NCBI RefSeq assembly: GCF_009914755.1 | Contig: NC_060938.1 | Length of the DNA: 64,000 nucleotides | From: the human T2T-CHM13v2.0 reference genome, Homo sapiens | Reading direction: 5' to 3' (one strand) | Part shown: in pieces, positions 1-12,326 of the stretch | Layout of the letters: each line of letters starts with the position of its first letter | Numbering within the stretch: the first letter of the stretch is position 1 | Notes under the pieces: model-generated | The model's database searches: none | Seen by the model: only the letters and a program-made list of their open reading frames with translations | Told to the model about the DNA's origin: nothing | Made by a program: the position numbers and the translations under genes

Positions 1-292
1 ATCCATTTCCCTTAACTAACTAACATCTGGGGTTTATATAGTGGGGAATGTAGCTATGTGCAGGAAAACAGGAATTAGGGAGGGGTAAGGAAGCAATCAT
101 GATGAATGAGGGGTCTGCGTCTCATTGTCTTGATGTGGTGATCTGGTGAGTTTCAGTTCTTGGATTGAGGGTCAGTTTCCTGAGGAAGGAACTCAAAGGT
201 AAGTTTCAAGTTTTAAGATTGGAAGGGTCAATTTCTAGATTTATTTGAAAAATTGTAAATATTAGTTCTATGAGACAATTGGGCTAGTTTCA
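1..292 (-). mobile_element. ERV1-class LTR fragment (MER34/MER39-like)
   Basis: Minus strand begins TGAAACTAGCCCAATTGTCTCATAGAACT, resembling this LTR family's 5' end. Subfamily uncertain. Confidence 0.45.
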
Positions 293-356
293 GTTGGAAT
301 CACACAGTATGTAGACTTTTCAGATTGGCTTCTTTCACTTAGTAATATGCAACTAA

Positions 357-737
<381 letters not shown>

Positions 738-763
738 TACAGTTCATTTAGCCATTCACCTAT

Positions 764-1159
764 TGATGTGGTTTGGATCTGTGTCCTCACCCAAATCTCA
801 TGTCGAATTGTAATCCCCAGTGTTGGAGGTGGGGCCTGGTGGGAGGCGATTGGATCATGGGGACAAATTTCTCCCTTTGGTACTGTTCTCATGATAGAGT
901 TCTCATGCAATCTGATTAAAAGTATGTGGCACCTCCCCCCTCTCTCTATTGCTTCTACTCCACCATGTAAGATGCCTTGCTCCCCCTTTGCCTTCTGCCA
1001 TGATTGTAAGTTTCCTGAGGCCTCCCCAGAAGTCAAGCAGATGCCAGCATTATGCTTCCTCTGCAGCCTGCGGAACTGCAAGCCAATGAAACCTATTTCC
1101 TTTATAAATTATCCAGTTTCATGTATTTCTTTATAGCAATGCAAGAATGGACTAATACG
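764..1159 (+). mobile_element. MaLR LTR (MSTA/MSTB-like)
   Basis: tgatgtggtttggatctgtgtcctcacccaaatctcatgtcgaattgtaatcccc ... gaatggactaatac. Confidence 0.85.
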
Positions 1160-2891
1160 TCTACTGAAGGACATCTTGGTTGGTCCCAGATTTTGGCAAT
1201 TATGAAAAATCTGCTATAGATGTATGCAGGTTTTCCGTGGACGTACGTTTTCCACTCCTGCTGGTAAGTACCAAGGAATGTGATTGATGGATCATATGGT
1301 ATGAGTATGTTTAGTTTTGTAAGAAATGGCCAAACTGCCTTCTATAGTGCCTGTACCATTTTGCATTCCCACCAGCAATGAATGAGAGTTCCTGTTGCTC
1401 TATGTCCTTGCCAGCATTTTGTTATTGGTGGTCTGGATTTTGGTCATTCTAATAGATATATAGTGGTATCTCATTGTTGTTTAACTTGCATTTCCCTGAT
1501 GAGATATGATATAGAGCATCCTTTCATTTGCTTATTTGTCATCTCTGTATCTTCTTCAGTAAGATGTCTGTTAAGGTCTTTGGCCCATTTTGTAATCAGG
1601 TTGTTTGTGTTCCTAGTGTTGAATTTTAAGAGTTCTTTGTGTATTTTGGACAACAGTCCTTTATCAGATGTGTCTTATGAAAATATTTCCTTCCTGTCAG
1701 TGGGTTACCTTCTCATTCTCTTCCCATGTCTTTTGAAAGGCAGAAGTTTAATTTTAATATAGTCCAGTTTATCCATATTTTTTCCCTGGATCGTGCCTTT
1801 GGTGTTGTGTCTAAAAAGTCATTGCTATGCCCCCAAATCATAGGTTTTTTCCTGTTATCGTCTATGAGTTTTATAACTTCATGTTTTACATTTAGGTCTG
1901 TGAGCCATTCGGAGCTAATTTTTGTGAAGGGTGTAAGTTATGTGTCTAGGTCCATTTTTTTTTTTTTTTGGCATGTGGGTGTTCAGTTGTTTCAGCACCA
2001 CTTATTGAAAAGACTGTCTTTTCTCCATTATGTTGCCCTTGCTCCTTTGTCAAAGATCAGTTGACTGTATTTATATGAGCCTATTTCCAGGTTGGTCAAT
2101 TCTGTTTCAATGATCTATTTGTATAGTCTTTCTCCCATTTCACATTGTCTTGATTACTGTAGCTTTACAGTAAGTCTTGAAGTCAGCTAGTGTCAGTCCT
2201 CCAATTTTGTTCTTTTCCTCCAATACTGTATTGGCTATTCTGAGACTTTTGCCTCTCCATATAAACTTGAGAATTAGTTTGTCAATATCCACAAAATAAC
2301 TTGCTGGGATTTAGTATGAGATTGCAATAAACTCATAGATCATGTTGAACTGACATCGTGACAATATTGAGTCTTTCTATTCATAAACATGGAATATTTC
2401 CCCATTGATTTAGTTCTCCTTTGATTTCTTTCATTATAGTTTTTAAGTTTTCCTCATACAGCCCTTGCATGTATTTTGTTAGATTTACACCTAAGTATTT
2501 CATTTTTTTGACTGCTAATGCAAATAGTATTGTGTTTTTAATTTCAAATTCCACTTGTTTGTTGCTGGTATATAGGAAAGCAATTGACTTTTGTATACTA
2601 ACCATGTGTCTTGCAACCTTGCTAAAATCTCTCATTAGTTCCAGAAGTTATTTTGTTGATTCTTTCAGATTTTTTATATACACAATCATGTAATCTGCAA
2701 ATGAAGACAGCTTTATTTCTTTCTTCCCAATCTGTATAGCTTTTATTTCCTTTTCTTGTTTTACTGAATTAACTGGGATTTCCAGTATGATATTGAAAAG
2801 AAGTGGTGAGACGATGATATTCTTGTCTTGTTCCTAATCTTAATAGGAAGCCTTCCAGTTTTTTTTACCATTGAGTATAATGTGTGAAAAT

Positions 2892-3292
2892 TGTCAGAAT
2901 CAAATAGAGTCACTTGTGTCAAACCCCAACAAAATGGAGCTTGGGAAGGCCATGAAGAGAGAGTCTTATATATGATGACAAGAACTATCACAAAAGACTC
3001 TGTCAAAATCACAACCTTGCACAAAGACCAGTACGATCTTATAAAAAAGTACTTCTGTGACAACATCTGCTCAGCAACTGCATGTTTAAACTTGGACTGA
3101 CACTAGCCTTGTTATTGCTCCTTGTAGCCATAGATAATTATTTGAGAATAGCTTATATGACTTTCTTCATTTTATCTTTAGAAGCCCTTGTCTTCCTTTG
3201 CTTCACTGAATATGCCCACAGAAATCCCCATGGCAATACTCATTCCCCAATAAACTTATCTTTGGAGAATCTGCTTGGTTTTCATTTTGCAA
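2892..3292 (+). mobile_element. ERV LTR (MER72/LTR47-like) inserted in the L1
   Basis: Starts tgtcagaatcaaatagagtcacttgtgtcaaaccc, has an internal AATAAA near 3249 and ends ...tttgca. L1 sequence resumes afterwards. Confidence 0.55.
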
Positions 3293-3384
3293 ATGTTGGG
3301 CATAGAGATGCTTTATCAAGCTGAGGAAATTCTCCTCTATTCCTAGTTTACTAAGACTTTTTATTATGAATGGGTGTTGTTTTG

Positions 3385-3524
3385 CAGCAAGAAGGCCCTT
3401 GGCAGATGTGGCTCCTTGATTTTGAACTTCTCAGTCTCCAGAACTGTGAGAAAACAAATATCTGTTTGTTATAAATTACCCAGTCTTTGGCATTCTGTTA
3501 CAGCAGCAAAAATGGACTAAGACA
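3385..3524 (+). mobile_element. MaLR LTR 3' fragment (MLT1/MST)
   Basis: ctccagaactgtgagaaaa...ataaattacccagtct...cagcagcaaaaatggactaagaca. Confidence 0.75.
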
Positions 3525-3810
3525 CCTACCCTCCCACAACTCCTCCTCAGCCCAGCCTCATGGGAGGAGAGGGGCACTGACCTGCTTCTAGGATGCAGCA
3601 ATGAGCCTCGGTAACCAGCAGGGGGCAGGGCTGGCCTTTGATGTTGGGGCAATAGATGTGAGCTCAACATCTTTCTCTCTCATTGCCACTTTCCATGTAA
3701 ATGGTATGTGATGAAGCTTAGGTTGAGAGTTCTCATTATCTGCAGAATCCTACTTACTCTGAGAAACATTTTTTCCCTCAAACAGGAAGCTAATCAAGGC
3801 ATTACCCTAA

Positions 3811-4147
<337 letters not shown>

Positions 4148-4812
4148 TCACCTTATTTATCTTACTCTATTTGATGCTGAAGTCAATGGACTTCTTAGCC
4201 CAGGCTATCTTTATATCATTTAACCATTTAGTAGTCTGAACTTTTAAATGTATTTTAAATTGGTAGCCTACAAACTGCTTTCAGGACTTAGATTTTGGAA
4301 TTTTGCCCATGGGTGTAAATCCCATGGGTTGAAATGTCAGTGCAAAGATGTGCTCTCATGTCTGGCTCTCTTTCCACACAGAAGAAAGTTCAACCACCTC
4401 ATCACTTTCTAACATCCCCATATAACTGTTAATACAGTAGTAAGTCAGCCCTGGCCAGAGCCCTTCAAGCATGCTCAGTCATTCCTTCCTCTGACTGTGG
4501 GAAGGACTTTCTGATTTACACAAGCAGCCAGGACAGGACAACCATCACACCGCACAGTCAGCACAAAGCACTGGGGCAAACGTATTCTTTCTAACTCTGT
4601 TTTCTGGTTACATTTTTATCTCACACTCCTTCATTCCTCCACCTGACACTGGCTTTCTATTTTAGACCATCTTAATAGGAGGATCCAAGATTTGGGTTTG
4701 GGTTTTGTGGAGAATAGTCTCCTTGGGTCTCAGGTATATGTCAGGGGATTCAGCTCAGCTGGCCAAGGTTTTGTGAATGATCTTGGTTCAAAGCCATAGC
4801 CAGCAACATGAC

Positions 4813-5180
4813 TGATGTGGTTTGGCTATGTCCCCACCCAAATCTCATCTTGAATTCCCGTGTGTTGTGGAAGAGACCCCTTGGGAGGTAATTGAATCAT
4901 AGATCAGGTCTTTCCCATGCTGTTCTCGTGATAGTGAATAAGTCTCACAAGATCTGATAGTTTTATAAAGAGGAGTTCCCCTGCACAAGTTCTCTCTCTT
5001 TGCCTGCTGACATCCATGTAAGGTGTGACTTGCTCCTCCTTGCCTTCTGCCATGATTGTCAGGCTTCCCCAGCCACGTGAACTGTAAGTCCATGAAACTT
5101 CTTTTTTTTTTTTTTTTTTTTTTGTAAATTGCCCAGTCTCTGGTATGTCTTTATCAGCAGCATGAAAATGGATGAATACA
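4813..5180 (+). mobile_element. THE1 solo LTR (MaLR)
   Basis: tgatgtggtttggctatgtccccacccaaatctcatcttgaattccc ... cagcagcatgaaaatggatgaataca. Confidence 0.88.
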
Positions 5181-5484
5181 ACAACAAACCTTGGACTCCC
5201 ATTTGCCTTTTTCACTTGGTTCACACATCTCCTCCATTGGGAATCTCCTGGAGAGGTGGTGCTGTGATTTGGAGTAGGACATGAGTGCTTCCAGATCCCT
5301 GCCATATTACAGTCTTAGTGGCACACTGGTTTTTAACACATCCATGAATAAAGACAAAATATAAACCCTATTCTACAATGTTGAAAGATCCAGAAAAGAG
5401 AAAACAACCTATCTTACTACCAAAGATCATCTCACACAATAATATATATATATTTAACATATATATTACATATATTATATGTAT

Positions 5485-5845
5485 ATAGAATTAGCTCACA
5501 ATTTTGGAGGCTGACAAGTTCAAAATCTGCAGAGCTAATATCTCAATTTGAGTCTGACAACCAGAGGCTATAGAACTAGGAAGAGCCATTGCTCCAGTCT
5601 GAAGGCTATTAGGCAGGAAAATTATCTCTCACGTGGGGGAAGATCAGCCTTTTGTTCTATTCAGGTCTCCAACTGGTTGGATGAGGCTGGCCTGTATTAC
5701 AAGGGTAACCCGCTTTGCAAAGTCCACTAATTTAAAGATTGATGTCATCCAAAAACACCCTCACAGAAACACCTAAAATAGTGTTTAACCAAAGATCTGG
5801 GCACTCCATGGTTCAGTCAGGTGACACATGAAATTACTGTCACAT
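5485..5845. mobile_element. MLT2 (ERVL) LTR fragment
   Basis: gaattagctcaca...ggaggctgacaagttcaaaatctgcag; ccttttgttctattcagg; aaaacaccctcacagaaacacc. Confidence 0.7.
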
Positions 5846-6173
5846 GGGGTTAGTACAGCCAGCACAGCATTATAGATTGGGATTTCTTTGCTCTATTAAG
5901 AAAATATCTGGTTTCTAACTATGACAGAGAAGCTAGTGTCAGATTAACCCTTCCTTAAGAAAATCATAAAAGACAAATACAATATAAAATTTAGATGGCT
6001 GAAGGTACTGGAGCACAATGAGGAATGCGATAAGTTAAGAATTGGGAGGAGATTCCAGAGAGAGGAGAACAGCACTGAGGTGAGGCTTACATTTGCTGCT
6101 GCCTTTTTCCTCTAGGACTTTTGCTGGTTTTAAGTCTGAGGCATAAAGGTGAACAGAATACAGTCGCTTAGAG

Positions 6174-6703
6174 CAGGAGTCCCCAGTTCCCCAGGCCATG
6201 GACTGGTACCAGTCCGTGGCCTGTTAGGAACTGGTCCTCACAACAGGAGATGAGCGGCGGGCTAGCAAGCAAAGCTTCATCTGTATTTACAGCAGCTCCC
6301 CACTGCTCGCATTACTGCCTGAGCTCCACCTCCTGTTATATCAGCAGTGGCATTAGATTCTCATGGGACCGTGAACCCTATTGTGAACTGCACATGTGAG
6401 GGATCTAGGTTGTGTGCTCCTTATGAGAATCTAATGCCTGATGATCTGCCACTGTCTCCCATCACCCCTGGATGGGACCGTCTAGTTACAGGAAATTAAG
6501 CTCAGGGCTCCCACTAGTACTACTACATTATGGTGAGTTGTTTAAGGATTTCATTATATATTACAATGTAATAAGAGAAATAAAGTACACAATTAATGTA
6601 ATGTACTTGAATCATCCTGAAACTATTCCCTGCAGCACCAGTCTGTGGAAAGATTGTCTTTCATGAAACCAGTCCCTGGTGTCAAAAAGATCGGGGGTTG
6701 CTG
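6174..6703. mobile_element. MER1A hAT-Charlie DNA transposon, full length
   Basis: 530 bp with termini caggagtcccc...gggggttgctg and a perfect 8-bp TSD GCTTAGAG (6166-6173, 6704-6711). Confidence 0.9.
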
Positions 6704-6719
6704 GCTTAGAGCCTTTAAT

Positions 6720-8430
6720 AGTGTCAATGGGCTGGAGAAACAAAAATTGGAATTCAGAGTCAACACGTAGTTAGGATTCAAGGGATCAAGTTTCTAGATA
6801 AAAGATAATCATGATGAAGCAGATACAATGTCCTGCATGAAATTTCCCTTCAAGGTAATTTTCTGCCTCATAAGTGATGCGTGTGCGGAATGAGACAGCA
6901 AATAATCATGCAAAAGCCACCTGCTAGAAGAGCAGAGATTTTAGCAGCCTCACAGAAGGGAAGAGACAAAAATTGGTATATAAACATGTTAACGGGGAGG
7001 AGCCCTCACAAATAGCCCAGGCTCTTAGTTGACATCTCCCAAAGACAACATTATAGGGGTAAGGCCCAAAAGAAATAAACCAGACCCCCAAAGGACTGAA
7101 ATCCATCCTTGGCTGAATCAAAGTAGTCTTTTTATACTCTATCTGCCTGAGAAGAAAATAAATTCTCCTCTTGAGGAAGATAGTATTACCCAAAGCCACA
7201 TAATTTTTGATACACACTTTGTGGCATTCAGTGAAAATGACCAGGCATTCCAGGTAACAGAAAAACTGATTAAACACCAAGAGAAAAACATAGAATAGAA
7301 TGTACAGATTCACAGGTGATCCAGATATTGGAGTTATCAAACACAGGGTTTAAAACAACCTTGATCATTCTGTGTAATAAGATGGAACAAAATATAAAGA
7401 ATTTCATAGAGAACAAAAATGCATAAAAAGAGTAAAATAAAAACCCGAGCACTAAAAATCAAAAGAACTGAAATTAAGAATTTGATAGATTTATTTAAAA
7501 GCAGATCAAACATAGCAGAAAAGACTAGAAGTTTAAGATAGGCATGCAGAAAGCATCCAGATTACACACGGAAAGAAAAAAGAATAGAAAATGCAGAAAA
7601 GAGTGAAGGAGACATGACACACGATGAAGACGTCTGATATATGTTTGATTGTCCCAGAGAAAGAAGAGAAAATGGAATAGAAGCAATTTTTAAAGAGATA
7701 GTATCTATTTTCCAAAACAGACATCAAGTCACATATTCAGGAAGGTGTATGAACCCTAATATTAATTAGGATTAATTAAGATTAAGATTAATTAGGATTC
7801 ATACATGGAAAACTATACCTAGGAATATCATTTGAAAACAATTGAAAGACAAAAACAAAGAGAAAAATGTTAAAGCAGCCAAAAGGAAAAGTGGATTACT
7901 TGCAAAGGATAATAATAGTAATTATAGATAACTTTTTAACTCAGATAATGAAAGTCAAAATGGGTGACATCTTTCTAACACTGAAAGAGAACATCTGGCT
8001 ATCTAAAATTGTGTGCCCAGTGAAAATATCCTTCAAGCATGAAGGCAGAACAAAGATGTTTTCATATGGGTTAGGAAAACAGAGACACTCCAAATACTTC
8101 GTGAAATAAAAAGTTTTAACATAGGACTTGAGGCTTATATAAGTGTGGGAAGAGAAGGGGTGGGGCAGCTGGAGAAACAGAGTCACCAGCCACTGTAACC
8201 AGAATTGGTGGAGTGGGCAGGATAAAAAACAAACATTGAAAGCAAAACAAAACAACATAAGCAAATAAAATACTTCTATAAACAAAGCTGGAGGACTTGA
8301 CATAATATCAAGACTTATAAAGCTAGGTTAAATAAGACAGCGTAGTATTGACACAAGGAAAGACAAATCATTCAATAGAATTGTAAATGACAGTCTAGAA
8401 ACAGACCCACCCATACATAGAAAACTTTAA
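6720..8430 (+). mobile_element. Old L1M 5'/ORF1 region, degenerate
   Basis: A-rich + strand with ORF1-like remnants (IVCPVKISFKHEGRTKMF in 7867..8109). Confidence 0.7.
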
Positions 8431-11400
8431 AGGTCTCAGCTCTGTTCATGGCCAGAATAAAGGGAATAGAAATTTTATGAATATTTTCATGGTCTCTATG
8501 ATACACATGGAACCTTGAGGTGGAGTGACAGACACCAGTGTCCCTAGTGATATTTTCATTACTTGGACCTGTGTGTTCATATCGGCTGTAACTGGCCAGG
8601 GCATTAGTCCCAACATTGAAAGCCATTTACCTCCATTCCAGGGTCAAAATAAATATACCTGGGACTCTATGGCGTTACAAAGATGGTTCAATTCCACCAC
8701 AGAGAGCATCGCAAGATCTCTGAAAATATAAATTTTAGATGGCTGTTGACTTATCTTGAAAATGGTCCATTCTTCTAGGTGGTTAAAAGGTTGGTTTGGA
8801 GTGTAAATACATCTGAAATGTACGCTTAGGGAGACTCTTACCTAATTCACAGATGACTGAAGGAGTTATCTTAGGGAGAAAAAGGAGAAGAAACCCAGTG
8901 AACAATCTAACAATGATGTTTTTCTAGAGAAAATCATGTGGCTCTCCTTCACGTGAGCCTCTGCAATTTCAGCCCTGATCCCTGGGCCAGCGTTCCCCCA
9001 CTTAGTGCCACAGTGTCATAGCTAATGTTCCTGCAGCAAGAATGGTTCTGTTTTGCAGATGTCACTTTTAGTGCCCAGATAAGGCCCCTGAGGCCTCTCC
9101 ATCAACACATTTGTGTTTTGATGTGCAGCCTTCATGGTTTCGCTGGGAGGTAGTTATGTGGCCAGTGACCACTGGGGGGATTTTGGCATTACCTGGTACG
9201 GAACTCTGCTCTGTGGGAGGAAAGAGCACCCTTGAAGAGCACCCTTGACGGTTGGAGGAGCCAAAAGATGGGGCCAGAAGGAAGCTTCATTGAGCACCTA
9301 GTGGATTTCAAGTGCTTAATGTTTCACATTTATGTATTCATTTGATTTCCACAATTCTTTAAAGCAAGGTTTGCATGTTCCATTTTGCAGAAGAACTTGA
9401 GGCACAGAGGGGTTGAGCAATGTGTCCAAGGTTGTCCAGCCAGCTGAAGGGTGTAAGATGTTACTAGAGTCCAGGGAGCCTGCCTCAACTGGCTTCCCAA
9501 GGAGAAAGGAAGGGAAGAGGCCAAAGAGAGAGAGAGTGCTGTCTACACAGCTTGGAGTAGAGCGGGGCCTCTCCCACTAAGTTCTCTCCCAAAACTTAGT
9601 GCACCTTTATATCATGTCCTTCACCAGGGTGCTTTCTTTCCTGCCTCTGAGTCTTTGTCATGGAATTCTGCCATGTGACACAACTTCCCCTCACAGCATT
9701 AAGGTAGAAAAGGTTTTTTTACTTATCCTATGCCAGTCTCTGTACTAGAATACAGAAATAAACAACAAAGGGCACATCCCTGTCCTCAATCAGTGCTTCT
9801 TAAACCACCAACTTTCCATCCATGCTTCTGGGTCTTTCCCTAGAAAGTCTTCCCCAGATGCTACTGCTCATGTGGCTTCTTCCCTCTCCCACTTCCTATG
9901 ACCCTGGGAGTTGGATCCTTGTGGTATGGCAGCCAATGAGGCGTGGCTGAAGGGCTTTTGAGTTGTGCTCACAAAAGAAGTGTGGCATAGAGATGAAACA
10001 TGTGGGCTGTGGAGATGAACAGCCTGGGTTCAAATCCAGGCTCTGCACATGCTAGCACATTTTGCTTCAGTTTCCCCACCTGTAAGATAAAGATGTAGCA
10101 GTGCCTCCCTCTCATGACTGTTGGAAATAGAAAGTTTATTGACATCTGTCAACTGCTTATAATGGTGTCTAACATGGAGTGAACACAAGACTTGTCTCAA
10201 CAGTGTATTCCCTATGCAGCACTGGGTGCAGAAGACAGAAGCCTTGAAGGGTTGGTCCATACCTCCATGACAGTTAATGAATATCTTCAGACCACTGACT
10301 ACTTTGGTCTCAATCAAGTGCCACTTTCTTAGAAGACATGACAGGGAGGGATCTTTCAGTTGCAGTTTTCTTTTATCAAGAAGGATGAATGTGGATACAT
10401 TGCAGCCTTGGGCTTAAATCCAGCTTTGCCACTGAGCAATCCACTTTGTCACCATCAGGGGCCAGCTGCCCCTTCATGTACACTGTAGGGACTTTCCTGG
10501 GCATATTCTTGACCACAAAGACCTTGTCCTTGCTATTGTCAAACAGCACATATTTTACTTACTTGTTTTGTTTACTGCCGGGTTTTGTCTGCTATAATGT
10601 AAGCCCCATGTAGGCAGGACCTATTATCTGTTTTGTTCACTGCTGCATTCCCAATGCTTGGCATAGGAGGTGTTTAATAAGTCTGTGTTGAAGCAGTGGA
10701 TGCATGTGCTCCGATAGCCCTGCATGCAGCATGGTCAGTGGTCAAATGGACCTCATGGTGCCATCCCGGCTGGGCCTTACCCTGGCCGCACCCTACTCCT
10801 TCTTATCTCTGCCCAATTGACAGTTGACTTCCCCATCACTACTTTGTCCACATCCACATCTGCCCACAGGCCTACAGCTACTCTCCACTGTCTACAAGGC
10901 CATGCTCACACTCACTCCACGGGGACCCAAAGCCTCCAGCCTTTTATCTCTGAACACCTCTCTAGCACTACCTTCCACCATGACCCTACCTGAACTTTCC
11001 ATGGCTGCAAAGCTGGTTTTCTCTCATTTTATTGGGGCATACCTTTTCCTCTCTTTACCCATTGCTTTTGCCGATCGCATCTCTCCCCTGCCCTCTCCCA
11101 GACTATCCTACCCTTTTCTCTTTATTTAAAGCTTACCTGGTCTTCAGGATCTGAGCCTCACCTCCTTGGAGTAGGGTCAGGGGTTTCCACCACTGTAGCA
11201 CTTTCTGGGATGGCTCCTTCCTGGACATGCACCACCTATATCCTACCCCGCTGCGTGTCTGGGCACGGAGTTCATTGTAGTGATGGGTATTGTCATCCAA
11301 GTGGTACACACATGCAGCTGGGCATCTCTTTCTGCTTCCCCACTACTTTCAAATGAATGCCTCTTGGAGAGGCACACATGGAAGAGTAGCCTTTCGATCT

Positions 11401-12001
11401 CTAATGGAGGCTGCATCGCAATTGAATATGGCCCTCAATTCACCCCACTGACCCTGCCCTATGTCCATCATCCCTCCCGGCCATGTTTGCCTTCCTGCTT
11501 TCTTTGGTCTTCGTGTTGCCCTGGGCTTTGACACGCTGTTCTTGCTGCTTGAACTTGACCTCCCTCCAGGTTGACCCGTGATTACGCCGGCCCATCTGCA
11601 CACCTGCTTTTCTACATGGGCTGTAATTTGGAGCCCTGACACAGGTCCAACCTCCTCTTGAGGGGATCTAGCCCCTGATGTCTGGGCAATGACATTTTAG
11701 GACAACCTCTCTTGTCTGTACAGCCCATATTGGCCACTGTGAAGGGAAAGACTGGCTTACTCCTGCTGATGCCCCCTGTGTTTTTCACTATGACCCTTAC
11801 CCAAAGGATGCTCAACAAATATCTACAATGGTGGCAGCAGCGGTGGACATCTCCTGGGAGGCTGTAACATGAGGGTCGTTCTCATCTTCAACTTTCTAAG
11901 CACAACTAACACCAGATATGGGACAATTGTGAATGAGTGGCTAGAAGCTGTTCCTCCCTTGTAAGGATTGCTCCTTAGTGTTCACAGAACCCAAGGTCAA
12001 C

Positions 12002-12007
12002 TTTATT
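12002..12007 (-). terminator. Polyadenylation signal AATAAA for SERPINA11
   Basis: tttatt on the + strand, about 115 nt downstream of the stop codon. Confidence 0.75.
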
Positions 12008-12122
12008 AGAATCTTGGCACACTGATTAACTGAACCACATAGCAGCCCCAGGATGCAGGCTGGTTCTGGCCTATCTGTTTGGTCCAGGATGAGATAAGAT
12101 AACTCCTGGCCTCCCACCATGG

Positions 12123-12326
12123 TTACCCTGCAACTGGGTTGACAACTTTTCCCAGGAAGAGTAAGCTCTGGGTGGTGACCTCCCAAAGGAGCAAGAGGAA
12201 AGGCCTGTTGAAGTGGGCATGTGGGTCTGACATGGTGTTCAGAGATGGGGGCTGGGAGAGGAGGCCTGAAGCAGCCCCGGCCTCGGTCCCCTTCTCACTC
12301 ATGTCCACCATCGCCTTGTGTGACAC
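12123..12326 (-). CDS. SERPINA11: SERPINA11 last coding exon (reactive centre loop)
   Basis: Acceptor cctctag|GTGTCA. ORF 12123..12326 reads [28 protein letters not shown]...GKVVNPVAG*. Confidence 0.96.

Noticed and set aside
9223-9248. 13-bp tandem duplication aagagcacccttg x2
   Set aside because: A common slippage-type micro-duplication in intergenic DNA with no associated feature.
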